From a virus: 64,000 bases of DNA. Below the pieces are notes generated by a model. The model made no database searches. It had not been told where the DNA came from and worked only from the letters and a program-made list of their open reading frames with translations. The stretch's first letter is position 1, and each line of letters starts with the position of its first letter. The position numbers were made by a program, and so were the translations under genes. Positions 1 through 8,509 of the stretch are shown one piece after another. Where the stretch lies: positions 1-64,000 of the IMG/VR virus record IMGVR_UViG_3300010231_000003; one strand, 5' to 3'.

Positions 1-331
1 CACCGGAGCTGATGTCGAACACGATGCGCTTACATCCAGCGGTAATCATGTCGTCCACTTGATTCAACAGTCCTGCGTAGCTTGTACCAGTTGCACCGCA
101 TAGCGATTCGACTGGCTTATTCGTCAGGCTTCCGTGAATATTGATTAGGCCGATCTTTCCTACCTTTGCAGGCTTATCCAGATCAGCGGAAACAGTTTCT
201 ACTTGTGCCAGCATCCCAGTATTGCGAAGGTCCAGATACGAAGTAATCGCACTGAACGCTTCGGCAGAAATGAGATGCGGCTTGTTATACAGATCGGATG
301 TCAATCTGCGAACAGGCCGTTGCATTGTCAT
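1..331 (-). CDS. prohead (head maturation) protease, S49/ClpP-like; C-terminal part lies outside the window
   Basis: Open minus-strand frame from ATG at 331 (MTMQRPVRRLTSDLYNKPHLISAEAF..GLINIHGSLTNKP..CKRIVFDISSG) runs off the left edge. It sits directly downstream of the portal gene. Confidence 0.55.
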   Translation of the reverse strand, partial: MTMQRPVRRLTSDLYNKPHLISAEAFSAITSYLDLRNTGMLAQVETVSADLDKPAKVGKIGLINIHGSLTNKPVESLCGATGTSYAGLLNQVDDMITAGCKRIVFDISSG

Positions 332-341
332 ATTGGATTCC

Positions 342-1841
342 TTATCCTGTGTTGTCTCGGTTTCTCGCAGACTTATCCTCTTTACTGGACTTGCCTCCGA
401 TACTCGAAGTTCCATCACCTGATTTGCCTGCTGCCATTCCGTCGCCGGATCGGCTAGCATTACCAGTCAGGTTCTCTTTATCCACAGGTTCATCGACAGG
501 CAGAGGTTCAACCCCCAGTACTTCGCGAGTCTTGTTAAGGATCGGACGATCAATTTCAACAAGTCCAACAGACGCGGCTCGTTGCAATGCTTTCGACCAT
601 GCTTCACTGTCAACGTCAGCAATATCGCCGTATTCGAACGTAGGCAAGCGATCTTGAGTCCAGCCGTTCAGAGCGAACAGTTGCGGGATCAGGTCGCCAT
701 TCAGAACGTCACGAATTTCGTTCAGGCGGTGCTCCATTGCCATAGCACAGAGGTTTGTCTTCGTGTCCTTAATCGAGAACGAGCCGGATTCTGTCTGCCC
801 ATTCTTTAGAACGTCTGCGCTCATCGCGGTCAGGATATCGTTCTGAAGCTGCTCGATAGTCTTCGGAATGTCGAACTTGTTAGTACCCTTCGCTTCCATC
901 AACTGGAACTCGAATTGCTTGTGTCCGTCTTCGTCTAGAACCATCGGCATAACTAGCGAGCGTTGCTTACCGTCTGCTACGCCTTGAGCGGCTTTCAGGT
1001 AGGCTTGATACACTGCCTTCTCTCCGTCGCTGGCGTCTTGGGCCATGTACTTCGGAGGGATGTAAATCACTGGGACCGATGCGATGTCTTTCGAAATACC
1101 CAACATCAACTGGTCTTTGAGCATTGACAACTGCTTGTAAGGTAGGTAGACTGCCTTCAATACGGACTTCCCTTCCGGGTTGCCCTTAACGCTGTCTGCC
1201 GAGAACAGGAGGAACTTCGAACGGTCGATGGTAATCATGCCGTCTTTGTCCGTTAGCTTGCTGAAGCGAGCTGCGTTCTCCATGTTGCGAATGCTCTGTC
1301 CTACGCTGACAAGCTCACGACCGTCCTCTGAAAAGTTCCAGTGACGGATAGAATCTTGTGGACGTGGAGCCAGCTTTCGCAGACCTACAAGGCCATCATC
1401 GTATTTGCTACCGTTCCGTGGCAGGCGGCGACGGAACACTTTTTCTTGAACTGAGAAGCCGTACTCTAGGTAGGTAACGACCTCTGCCATGAACTGGGAC
1501 CACGTGTTTTCCATGTCGCCCATACAGCTTTGAACGAACTCTGCTCGTTTCTTTTCTGTGGCAGTTGCGTGCTCCGGTGGAGTGACGCGCCATTTAACAC
1601 GTGTAAGCATCATCCGATAAACGTTGAGCGCTGCTGCAACGGTCGGATCGGTACGCATCTCGTTAACCGTCTTCAGGAACTCAGGGTATCGAAACGCCCG
1701 ATTCTGTTCCTCAAGGATTCGTCCATTCATGGTTGTGAGAGCGGTGAAACCAGTCTCACTCAAACTGATACGTGGGATTACTGCTGAAGGATCGGCGTTC
1801 AAACCAGCGCCGCTATCAGCTTGTGGCTTTTGGTCTGCCAT
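342..1841 (-). CDS. portal protein
   Basis: 499-aa ORF between the large terminase and the protease. RBS aaggag lies upstream and it has its own promoter. Size and position are typical of a portal. Confidence 0.7.
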   Translation of the reverse strand: MADQKPQADSGAGLNADPSAVIPRISLSETGFTALTTMNGRILEEQNRAFRYPEFLKTVNEMRTDPTVAAALNVYRMMLTRVKWRVTPPEHATATEKKRAEFVQSCMGDMENTWSQFMAEVVTYLEYGFSVQEKVFRRRLPRNGSKYDDGLVGLRKLAPRPQDSIRHWNFSEDGRELVSVGQSIRNMENAARFSKLTDKDGMITIDRSKFLLFSADSVKGNPEGKSVLKAVYLPYKQLSMLKDQLMLGISKDIASVPVIYIPPKYMAQDASDGEKAVYQAYLKAAQGVADGKQRSLVMPMVLDEDGHKQFEFQLMEAKGTNKFDIPKTIEQLQNDILTAMSADVLKNGQTESGSFSIKDTKTNLCAMAMEHRLNEIRDVLNGDLIPQLFALNGWTQDRLPTFEYGDIADVDSEAWSKALQRAASVGLVEIDRPILNKTREVLGVEPLPVDEPVDKENLTGNASRSGDGMAAGKSGDGTSSIGGKSSKEDKSARNRDNTG

Positions 1842-1869
1842 AGTGCTCCTTCTTTACTGTATATGCGTG

Positions 1870-1898
1870 ATTGTACACTACGTACCCTTATTTGTCAA
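1870..1898 (-). promoter_or_regulatory. sigma70-type promoter for the portal operon
   Basis: Minus strand reads TTGACA-aataagggtacgtagtg(17)-TACAAT, about 30 nt upstream of the portal RBS. Confidence 0.65.
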
Positions 1899-1952
1899 CT
1901 TTTTGCACACTACCTATTTACTTCCGTAAGAAAGTGTGGTAGGTAGTGTTAC

Positions 1953-3386
1953 TTAGAACGTTGGGACAGGGCTTGGCCCAGACAAATCCGGCACGGTAAA
2001 GTCGGGGATGTTCCCGTTCTTGGCTAGATAGTTGAAGGCGTCGGCACAGGCGTCAACCTGATCGTTCTTCTCCGTGCGGATGCCTTGGAAGTGTTCCAGC
2101 TCAACGAAGAAGTCCTCGTTCCAGTCGCCTTCCACGATGTCCACCATACCAGCCTCACACATCGAACAGAAAGGCAGGAAGCGCTGCATCTTGCTCGTGT
2201 GCCCGGAAATCGGGATACCCCTTACCGTGATACCCTGCTCGGCCAGCGAGCGGATGAAGAACTGTGTAGCAGCCTTACCACCGCCATTATCGCGAGGGAT
2301 CGTTACTGGGACATCCAATCCGTCTTCTCCGTGCGATGTGTCGATGAGCATCTTTACAACGCCGTCCGTCAGCTTTCGATCCTTCTTCACGTGCTCGATA
2401 ACGTATCGTCCGGCCTTCGTACGACTCATCTTCACGCCAGCCGTCCAGTCAGGGTCCGGGTACACTTCGCTTGGAACGGAGTGAGCCAAGTCCCATGAAC
2501 GGACACGGCCGCTGATGTCGTGCGGAGCGAATTGAATCTTGTTCAGCCACGCCCGGTTGAAAACGCTACTACCTTCCGTAACAGCCGTCCACGATCCTTT
2601 CAGGAATCGGAGCTGGTTGACACGAGACATCGATAGCAGGTTAGCCAGATAGCCCGGATTGTTCTTCATCAGGACCGGGTTGTCGTAAATGTTCATCGGA
2701 ATGTACTTCATGCTCGACGGCATCCAGTCCACCCCTTTTGTGAATCCCTTACCGACCGTTTCGTACAATTCGTCCGGGCTGTCTGCCCAGTGAATCTTGT
2801 TGTTGATAATCACGAACCAGCGTGTGATATCTTCCGTTCCCGATTTCGGGATACCCGTGTCCGGGTCCAGTGAGAACTTCACCCAGTCGTACAGGTAGCT
2901 GTTTCGATCCGGGTTACATGTAATCATCAGTTGCAGCTTACCTTTGAACGTAGTGCTACGGAGACGAGATTTAAGCATTAGAATCTGCTCAAGTTTCATC
3001 TCCGCGCCCTCGTCACAGATAACGGTCGTGAACTGACCACCCTGCAATTCTGACAGATCGTCAGGCATGGCTTTGAAAGTAATCGTAGCACCGTTCTTGA
3101 ATTGCCACTCCTTCTGCTGCGCTTTCCATACAGCCCCGAAAGGACGGTACAGTTGCTTGCTGCTGTCGATAAGACCACCCGGCTGCATAAGCTGCGGATA
3201 CGTCAGACGAACGATTAGAACGCGGGCTGCTGGGTCTTGGCAGTCGCCCAACGCTTTCAGCAAAGCCAAATGACTCTTACCCGATCCGGCCGATCCCCCT
3301 TGAATCAGGATATCGACCGTGTTTTCGGTTAGAACCTTACGCTGCTTTTCAGAGCACGGGCCATATACGATTTCTTTCTCTTCCAT
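1953..3386 (-). CDS. terL: terminase large subunit
   Basis: Walker A GGSAGSGKS, Walker B VICDEGAE, C-terminal nuclease-like region; 477 aa; adjacent to the portal. Confidence 0.9.
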   Translation of the reverse strand: MEEKEIVYGPCSEKQRKVLTENTVDILIQGGSAGSGKSHLALLKALGDCQDPAARVLIVRLTYPQLMQPGGLIDSSKQLYRPFGAVWKAQQKEWQFKNGATITFKAMPDDLSELQGGQFTTVICDEGAEMKLEQILMLKSRLRSTTFKGKLQLMITCNPDRNSYLYDWVKFSLDPDTGIPKSGTEDITRWFVIINNKIHWADSPDELYETVGKGFTKGVDWMPSSMKYIPMNIYDNPVLMKNNPGYLANLLSMSRVNQLRFLKGSWTAVTEGSSVFNRAWLNKIQFAPHDISGRVRSWDLAHSVPSEVYPDPDWTAGVKMSRTKAGRYVIEHVKKDRKLTDGVVKMLIDTSHGEDGLDVPVTIPRDNGGGKAATQFFIRSLAEQGITVRGIPISGHTSKMQRFLPFCSMCEAGMVDIVEGDWNEDFFVELEHFQGIRTEKNDQVDACADAFNYLAKNGNIPDFTVPDLSGPSPVPTF

Positions 3387-3387
3387 T

Positions 3388-3717
3388 TTATTTTGTGATG
3401 TCCTGCGTGAACAGGTACACGTCCTTTTCTAGTGTGAGGACACGCCCGTACGAGTCCGTCATCTGGACATCGTAATAGAAGTATCCAACTTGGTTAGCTT
3501 GATCCGTAGTCGGGGAGAACTCAACAATCCCCGTTTCCGGGGCGTTGATTACTCCGTCCAGTTGATACACCTGTGTAGTGGTATCAACCGGGTCCGGTAC
3601 GGTACTGATCGTCATTTTGAATGAGCACCCGGTAAGGTTCACTGCCGCTCGCGTTGTGCGATTAGTGACTGTGAAACTGTCCGGGGCTGTATCTCCACGA
3701 GTACGTGTGATTTGCAT
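3388..3717 (-). CDS. small Ig-like (BppU_N-like) structural protein
   Basis: 109 aa starting MQITRTRGDTAP..FTV..LTGCSF..G.V.F, the pattern typical of phage Ig-like N-terminal domains. Tightly packed with its neighbours. Confidence 0.6.
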   Translation of the reverse strand: MQITRTRGDTAPDSFTVTNRTTRAAVNLTGCSFKMTISTVPDPVDTTTQVYQLDGVINAPETGIVEFSPTTDQANQVGYFYYDVQMTDSYGRVLTLEKDVYLFTQDITK

Positions 3718-3724
3718 TTCGTCC

Positions 3725-5386
3725 TCAGTTGTTAAATGTCAGTTTGAATGGCGAGTCATTCAGTTTCAGCTTGTACGGTGACAGCGTTAGCGTAATCGAG
3801 AACTTGTCTCCCGATGCCGTGTAATGCAGTCCGCCTTCCGTGATACCGGATACCGTCGAACGCCCTTCAGCGTTTGCGAAAGCCGATGCTACCGAAGCCG
3901 CGATTGCCTGTACTTGAGCTGCCGATACCGAGATACCTTCGGCTCCGTAGATAGCGACCGACAATCCCCCGACGTTTGCAAGACCCGTAGCTGCACCAGA
4001 AGCGCATGCCAGAATCACGCCACCACCGTTAGCTGCTGACGTACCAGACGTTGTACCGCTCGTTGCTGCGCGTGCTACGCTGCTGCCTGAACCTGAAGCT
4101 GATCCCGACGCATTCGCTACTGCGCTGTTTGTCGATGCTCCACTTCCAGATGCCGATGCACTACCAACGGCCGATGCAATGGCGTTGTAGAACGCGCTCG
4201 CGATAGCTGCTGCACTCGACGTACCAACTGCTGTCCCGCTTGCCGATCCAGATGCCGGGGTCAACGCTGATCCCGATCCCGATACGGACGACGTTCCGGC
4301 TGTTCCGCCAGCTACCGGGAATAGCGATACGCCACTTCCTGTGCCTCCGGCAGAGCCGACAGTGTTTGCCTGCACGCTCCAGATGGAATACGCGTTACCA
4401 GATACCGTAGCCGTGCTTGTGCTTGCGCCACTCGTCAGGTACACCGACACACCGTTTGCGGCGTTCGTAGAGCTTCCTGATGTACTTCCGTCCGCATAGA
4501 ACAGACTGATTGTCGAACTCGCTAGAGCTGACGTACCAGTTGAGCTTCCGACAGCGTTTGCGATGGCCCTAGCAACTGCTGTTAGGTTTGCTACACCTAC
4601 GGAACTACCTGATGCGGATGTAATCGTTGGTCCGCCTGCCGTCGCCGTAGCGTAGTCCACTTCGATGTAGTCATCCTCGAAGTCGATGAACAGTTGCCAC
4701 GGGTTAGCGTGAAGTGATGCCATCTCCGCGTCGGATAGTGTACGAGCCCATGCAGCTACCATACCGATGCCGCCGCCCAGCCACCATCCTGCCGTTGACG
4801 AGGCGCGTGCACCGATGGAGATAGGGATTGCGTAGGTGGGCGCGATGAGGTTTGTCGGCGTTGCGGCCTGTCCAAGTACACCGTTCTTGAAGCATGCGGT
4901 ACGTGTCGGGCTCGCCGTGGCTCCCATCGTGAACCCGCCTGCCAATTCCGCCGCCGTGAACGCTGACGAAGTACACACACCAGTTGTCGCGGCTGACGTA
5001 TCAAACGGGATAAAGTTGACCTTACCGGAATCAAGTCGGAACTGGAAGTAACGTGGACTACCGTTGTCTAGGTCAATTACGTTGTACGTAGCACCTGTAG
5101 CGGCCGGTGTTGTTGCCGCCACTGCAAACAGACTATACGTCGTGGTGTTGATTCCATTGGCTCCACCGATGTTATACGCGGAGAAGCTACTGCTGTTCAA
5201 CTTCGCGCCAGTGCCGAATGGCAGTGAGACTTGGGAGGCGTTTCTGTAATACGTGCTGCGATCCCCATTTACACAGAATCCGGTTGCGCTGGCTCCGTGC
5301 ACGAATGCGAAAGCAAGACCCCGTGTAATAGGATTCGTCCAATCAATTGCGGCGATGCCTTGTGGTTGTTTACGAATCCTAGCCAT
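3725..5386 (-). CDS. fibre/decoration-like structural protein with a long Ala/Ser/Gly/Thr-rich repeat region
   Basis: 553 aa. The N-terminal ~220 aa look globular (lectin/LamG-like is a guess). They are followed by ~300 aa of low-complexity GSGSASGTA-type repeats. Confidence 0.7.
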   Translation of the reverse strand: MARIRKQPQGIAAIDWTNPITRGLAFAFVHGASATGFCVNGDRSTYYRNASQVSLPFGTGAKLNSSSFSAYNIGGANGINTTTYSLFAVAATTPAATGATYNVIDLDNGSPRYFQFRLDSGKVNFIPFDTSAATTGVCTSSAFTAAELAGGFTMGATASPTRTACFKNGVLGQAATPTNLIAPTYAIPISIGARASSTAGWWLGGGIGMVAAWARTLSDAEMASLHANPWQLFIDFEDDYIEVDYATATAGGPTITSASGSSVGVANLTAVARAIANAVGSSTGTSALASSTISLFYADGSTSGSSTNAANGVSVYLTSGASTSTATVSGNAYSIWSVQANTVGSAGGTGSGVSLFPVAGGTAGTSSVSGSGSALTPASGSASGTAVGTSSAAAIASAFYNAIASAVGSASASGSGASTNSAVANASGSASGSGSSVARAATSGTTSGTSAANGGGVILACASGAATGLANVGGLSVAIYGAEGISVSAAQVQAIAASVASAFANAEGRSTVSGITEGGLHYTASGDKFSITLTLSPYKLKLNDSPFKLTFNN

Positions 5387-5389
5387 ACG

Positions 5390-5764
5390 TTAAATCCCCG
5401 AAACAGCCATCAGAAACGCTTCAACCGTAACAGTGTTTGTAACGTTTCCGTACGCGATTGCTCGCAGATACATCACGCTCCGGTCCAGAGGCACAGTCGC
5501 AGAATAGACGCTATTTGCAACCGTATCTCCGCCGATTGTGAAGTAGTCATACCAGTTTGTACCATCAGGAGACGACTGGAACGTAATCGCACATTGCACA
5601 GTGGGAGCGCTTGATCCGTTCGTAATCTTGTAAACGATGTCACCACCATAAAACGTAGTGCAGTCTACGGACGATCCGATAACGTTCGGTGACGTTTTGG
5701 TTGATCCTGCTGCAACAGTCGTCGCAGACGCGATAAGTGTTCTAGTTGTTTTTGTAATTGCCAT
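5390..5764 (-). CDS. hypothetical structural-module protein
   Basis: 124-aa ORF, start/stop coupled to its neighbours, coding-like composition. Confidence 0.65.
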   Translation of the reverse strand: MAITKTTRTLIASATTVAAGSTKTSPNVIGSSVDCTTFYGGDIVYKITNGSSAPTVQCAITFQSSPDGTNWYDYFTIGGDTVANSVYSATVPLDRSVMYLRAIAYGNVTNTVTVEAFLMAVSGI

Positions 5765-6171
5765 TACTTCATACTCCCATCTGCGTTGTATAGTACCTCT
5801 GCGACCTCAGTAAAACTTACAGGGTCCGGTACAATAGCGAACGCAATCAGCTTATCAGCTTGCTCTTGTGTCAAAACGCTCGGCACGAATGCCTGCAACG
5901 TAGAGATGACAAGTTGGTCGCTGATAATCAACCTTCCCTGATCCAGTAGCGGAACAACGTATTTGAAGCGCGCGTCTGTGTGGAGAATGTCCAACAGTTT
6001 GTTTGCGGTCGTCAGGTCATTCAGCGCTGCGATAATTGTGCCATTACCGATCATAATGCTGCTCGGCTTCGTACGGCCTGCGCTCACTGCCTCCGCAATT
6101 GCGTGGCAATCACGGCTGGCAATCAGTTCAGAGCTACATTTCGCTACGATTTCATCTTTCGTGATTGCCAT
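5764..6171 (-). CDS. hypothetical structural-module protein
   Basis: 135-aa ORF, overlaps the downstream start by 1 nt. Confidence 0.65.
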   Translation of the reverse strand: MAITKDEIVAKCSSELIASRDCHAIAEAVSAGRTKPSSIMIGNGTIIAALNDLTTANKLLDILHTDARFKYVVPLLDQGRLIISDQLVISTLQAFVPSVLTQEQADKLIAFAIVPDPVSFTEVAEVLYNADGSMK

Positions 6172-6177
6172 TTCCGA

Positions 6178-6621
6178 TTAGTCCTCCGTTACAAGGTTCG
6201 GGGCCGTAGTGATACGTGGCTGGACGCCAACGTTCATTACGATGTTTGGCGACAGCGTACCGCTGTACAGAAGCTTACCTGCACCGCTTGCCGACGTACC
6301 GATACCGAAGTGGGTAAGCGTTCCGCCCGGAGCTGCTGTGCACTGGCCGAAGTCAGCGTTAGCAGTCAGGTTGACGGCGTTTGCAGAGACGGTGAAGCCA
6401 GCCGACGAGCGAGCCACACCGAGACGGGCATAACCTGTGTACGCTGTCTCAGACGTTGCTTGTGTGCCCGCGTCACCCGGATCAGCCGTGTGCAGCGACA
6501 GATACAGGTTGCCCGTAGTACCAGCCGGTAGGAGCCCGGTAGCGTCACCGATGAGGGAAGCACCGACGTTATTGAAGACCAGCTTCAGCAGGTCGTTTTC
6601 CCATGTATCACTCTTTGACAT
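6178..6621 (-). CDS. hypothetical structural protein (fibre-like)
   Basis: Start moved to ATG at 6621 (MSKSDTWENDLL..), preceded by aaaggaacaaat. The tracked ORF extends upstream without an RBS. Confidence 0.65.
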   Translation of the reverse strand: MSKSDTWENDLLKLVFNNVGASLIGDATGLLPAGTTGNLYLSLHTADPGDAGTQATSETAYTGYARLGVARSSAGFTVSANAVNLTANADFGQCTAAPGGTLTHFGIGTSASGAGKLLYSGTLSPNIVMNVGVQPRITTAPNLVTED

Positions 6622-6668
6622 ATTTGTTCCTTTAGATAAGAATTGAAGCTTTCGTAGCTCCATGCGAA

Positions 6669-6701
6669 AAAGCCGCCCCAGCAACGAGGCGGGAGCGGCA
6701 G
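6669..6701 (-). terminator. rho-independent terminator after the tRNA array
   Basis: Minus strand reads GCCGC(T)CCCGCC..GGGGCGGC followed by TTTTT. Confidence 0.55.
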
Positions 6702-6706
6702 TCTTT

Positions 6707-6781
6707 TGGCGAACAGGGCTGGATTCGAACCAACAAAAGCGGATTTGGAGTCACGCCGTTTTACCGTTAAACTACCTGAAC
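6707..6781 (-). tRNA. tRNA-Trp(CCA)-like, irregular
   Basis: Hand-folded. Canonical D arm (GTTT/AAAC) and T arm (GTTGG TTCGAAT CCAGC), loop CTCCAAA, encoded CCA. The anticodon stem needs a bulged U and the acceptor stem has two U-U mismatches. Confidence 0.45.
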
Positions 6782-6788
6782 ATTATGT

Positions 6789-6865
6789 TGGCACCGATAG
6801 AACGATTCGAACGTTCACTGTACAGGGTCAAAACCTGCTGCCTCTACCAGTTGGGCTATATCGGA
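6789..6865 (-). tRNA. tRNA-Gln(UUG)
   Basis: T arm GAACG TTCGAAT CGTTC, anticodon arm GCAGG TTTTGAC CCTGT, encoded CCA. Position 1-72 is U-U. Confidence 0.75.
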
Positions 6866-6875
6866 CTAGAATTCT

Positions 6876-6951
6876 TGGTAGTCCCACCGAGGATCGAACT
6901 CGGATTAGTGGATTATCGGTCCACCGTTTTAACCAGTTAAACTACAGGACA
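6876..6951 (-). tRNA. tRNA-Ile(GAU)
   Basis: D stem GTTT/AAAC, anticodon arm GTGGA CCGATAA TCCAC, T arm CCGAG TTCGATC CTCGG, encoded CCA. C at position 33 and U-U at 1-72 are unusual. Confidence 0.7.
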
Positions 6952-7054
6952 ATCGATGTGGTTCCTTTTCACCACCAAGCCATGTACAGTTAGCACCATC
7001 ACGCCGTTCTTTAGCAAGGTAGCGCTCCCTGCTCAATATACGGCCAACCTATTC

Positions 7055-7150
7055 TGGCGGTGACGGGGTAGAGTCGAACTCCCAAGGCTGTATCGCTACA
7101 ACTCACACGGTTTTCAAGACCGGCACCGTCGCCCATCGGTTTGCGTCACC
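7055..7150 (-). tRNA. tRNA-Ser(UGA), long variable arm
   Basis: Perfect acceptor GGTGACG/CGTCACC, G73, CCA. Loop CTTGAAA. Long extra arm. T stem has a bulged A. 96 nt. Confidence 0.8.
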
Positions 7151-7161
7151 ATATTCTGTTT

Positions 7162-7251
7162 TGGCGGAGAATGTGCGATTCGAACGCACGGACCCCGAGC
7201 GGAGCCTACAGGTTAGCAACCTGCTGCAATCGGCCTCTCTGCCAATTCTCC
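7162..7251 (-). tRNA. tRNA-Ser(GCU), long variable arm
   Basis: Acceptor GGAGAAT/ATTCTCC, anticodon arm GCAGG TTGCTAA CCTGT, T arm GTGCG TTCGAAT CGCAC, CCA. 90 nt. Confidence 0.85.
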
Positions 7252-7256
7252 ATGTT

Positions 7257-7331
7257 TGGCACGTCATGCAGGAGTTGAACCCGCATTTCCGGGTTCGTAG
7301 CCCAGCGTACTATCCATTGTACTAACGACGT
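7257..7331 (-). tRNA. tRNA-Arg(ACG)
   Basis: Acceptor ACGTCGT/ATGACGT, anticodon arm CTGGG CTACGAA CCCGG, T arm GCGGG TTCAACT CCTGC, CCA. Confidence 0.85.
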
Positions 7332-7338
7332 ATTATCT

Positions 7339-7412
7339 TGGACGCGATAGCGAGATTTTAACTCGCCTTCGAAGCTTTGCAGGCAACTACCTAGTCACTC
7401 GGCCATATCGCG
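7339..7412 (-). tRNA. tRNA-Cys(GCA), irregular
   Basis: Perfect acceptor CGCGATA/TATCGCG, loop CTGCAAA, CCA. Two U-U mismatches in the anticodon stem and an odd T loop TTAAAAT. Confidence 0.6.
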
Positions 7413-7417
7413 GGTTC

Positions 7418-7497
7418 TGGTGGAGAACATCGGATTCGAACCGATCTGATTAGCCTACTTGCAAGGCAGGTGTCCACTCCCAGCAGACCCGTTCCCC
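7418..7497 (-). tRNA. tRNA-Ala(UGC)
   Basis: Acceptor GGGGAAC/GTTCTCC with the G3-U70 Ala identity pair, anticodon arm CCTGC CTTGCAA GTAGG, T arm ATCGG TTCGAAT CCGAT, CCA. 8-nt variable loop gives 80 nt. Confidence 0.7.
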
Positions 7498-7501
7498 ATA
7501 A

Positions 7502-7912
7502 TCAGTTTCCCGATCTGGCGTACTGCGCACGCCTCTTTTCGGGAGTATAAATTCTTTTCTTCAAAGCTGCCTTAGCCGCTTTGCAAGGATCGCATCGGCA
7601 TCCTTTTGCGTACATGGTAGTGCTGCCACATTTAGCCGTTAGCTCAGGCTTTCGCCCTGCTGCTGTATTGCAAGCTAGATGGCTGTACGCGATATTATCG
7701 AGCGAGAAAAAGTTCTTAACCGGGTCAGAGCTATCTAGCCAAGCTTCTTTGTGCTCGATTGACAGTGTTTCCCTTGTTACTTTCTCGCCGCATCGGAAAC
7801 AGGTATCTTTTCCTGCCTTTACAACGAAGTCGAACAGCAAGTCCTTGACTAGTCTGTTACTCGCAGTGCTAGGATTCATACCTAGCTGCTCTTTCATCTT
7901 TTCGATTTTCAC
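7502..7912 (-). CDS. HNH homing endonuclease inside the tRNA array
   Basis: 136 aa with CFRCGEKV..IEHKEAW..AYSHLACN (HNH-type Cys/His motif). Inserted between tRNA-Ala and tRNA-Val. Confidence 0.75.
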   Translation of the reverse strand: MKIEKMKEQLGMNPSTASNRLVKDLLFDFVVKAGKDTCFRCGEKVTRETLSIEHKEAWLDSSDPVKNFFSLDNIAYSHLACNTAAGRKPELTAKCGSTTMYAKGCRCDPCKAAKAALKKRIYTPEKRRAQYARSGN

Positions 7913-7941
7913 GACTATCCTATGATGTCTTATGTGTAATT

Positions 7942-8015
7942 TGGTACTCCCTGTAAGAATCGAACTTACGTAATCGCCGTGTAAAGACGAAGTTCTACCA
8001 TTGAACTAAAGGAGC
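7942..8015 (-). tRNA. tRNA-Val(UAC)
   Basis: D arm GTTC AATGGTA GAAC, anticodon arm TCGTC TTTACAC GGCGA, T arm GTAAG TTCGATT CTTAC, CCA. Confidence 0.85.
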
Positions 8016-8022
8016 ATTGTTA

Positions 8023-8098
8023 TGGTATCCCGTGCGAGACTTGAACTCGGCATTTGCGGATTGAAAGTCCACCGTCCTGACCTTTAGACGAACGAGAT
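8023..8098 (-). tRNA. tRNA-Glu(UUC)
   Basis: Acceptor ATCTCGT/ACGGGAT, anticodon arm GTGGA CTTTCAA TCCGC, T loop TTCAAGT, CCA. Confidence 0.8.
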
Positions 8099-8099
8099 A

Positions 8100-8185
8100 T
8101 GGTGCGTCGGGAAGGATTCGAACCTCCACGTTCAAGACGACCACGGGGTTACAGCCCGGTGCCCTACCGAATAGGCGTCCAACGC
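8100..8185 (-). tRNA. tRNA-Tyr(GUA), long variable arm
   Basis: Acceptor GCGTTGG/CCGACGC, loop CTGTAAC, extra arm, T arm GGAGG TTCGAAT CCTTC, CCA. 86 nt. Confidence 0.85.
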
Positions 8186-8195
8186 ATTGTTTGTT

Positions 8196-8271
8196 TGGTG
8201 CAGAAGGATGGTATCGAACCATCATCTCCGATTTTTCAGACCGGCGCTAAGACCTCATCAGCTACTTCTGC
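8196..8271 (-). tRNA. tRNA-Phe(GAA)
   Basis: Perfect acceptor GCAGAAG/CTTCTGC, anticodon arm CCGGT CTGAAAA ATCGG, T arm GATGG TTCGATA CCATC, CCA. Confidence 0.85.
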
Positions 8272-8272
8272 A

Positions 8273-8346
8273 TGGTGTGACGCTGGGTTTCAATCCCGAT
8301 CCCTTAGTTTCACAGACTAAGATGCTCTCATTACACTATCGTCACC
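8273..8346 (-). tRNA. tRNA-His(GUG)
   Basis: Extra 5' G (G-1) before the acceptor, anticodon arm TTAGT CTGTGAA ACTAA, CCA. T loop ATTGAAA is atypical. Confidence 0.75.
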
Positions 8347-8352
8347 ATTGTT

Positions 8353-8430
8353 TGGTGGGAGCACTGGGACTTGAACCCAGAACCTATCGGTTAAAAGCCG
8401 AGTGCTCTAAACCAATTGAGCTATACTCCC
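8353..8430 (-). tRNA. tRNA-Lys(UUU)
   Basis: Acceptor GGGAGTA/TGCTCCC, D arm GCTC..GAGC, loop CTTTTAA, T arm CTGGG TTCAAGT CCCAG, CCA. Confidence 0.85.
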
Positions 8431-8431
8431 G

Positions 8432-8509
8432 TGGTACGCAAGGTGGGATTCGAACCCACAAGACGACAGGGTTTGAGCCTGCGGCGTATGCCGGTTCCGC
8501 CACTCACGC
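8432..8509 (-). tRNA. tRNA-Leu(CAA) with a short variable loop
   Basis: Anticodon arm GCAGG CTCAAAC CCTGT, T arm GTGGG TTCGAAT CCCAC, A73, CCA. Acceptor has three G-U pairs. Variable region is only 6 nt, which is unusual for bacterial-type Leu. Confidence 0.6.
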
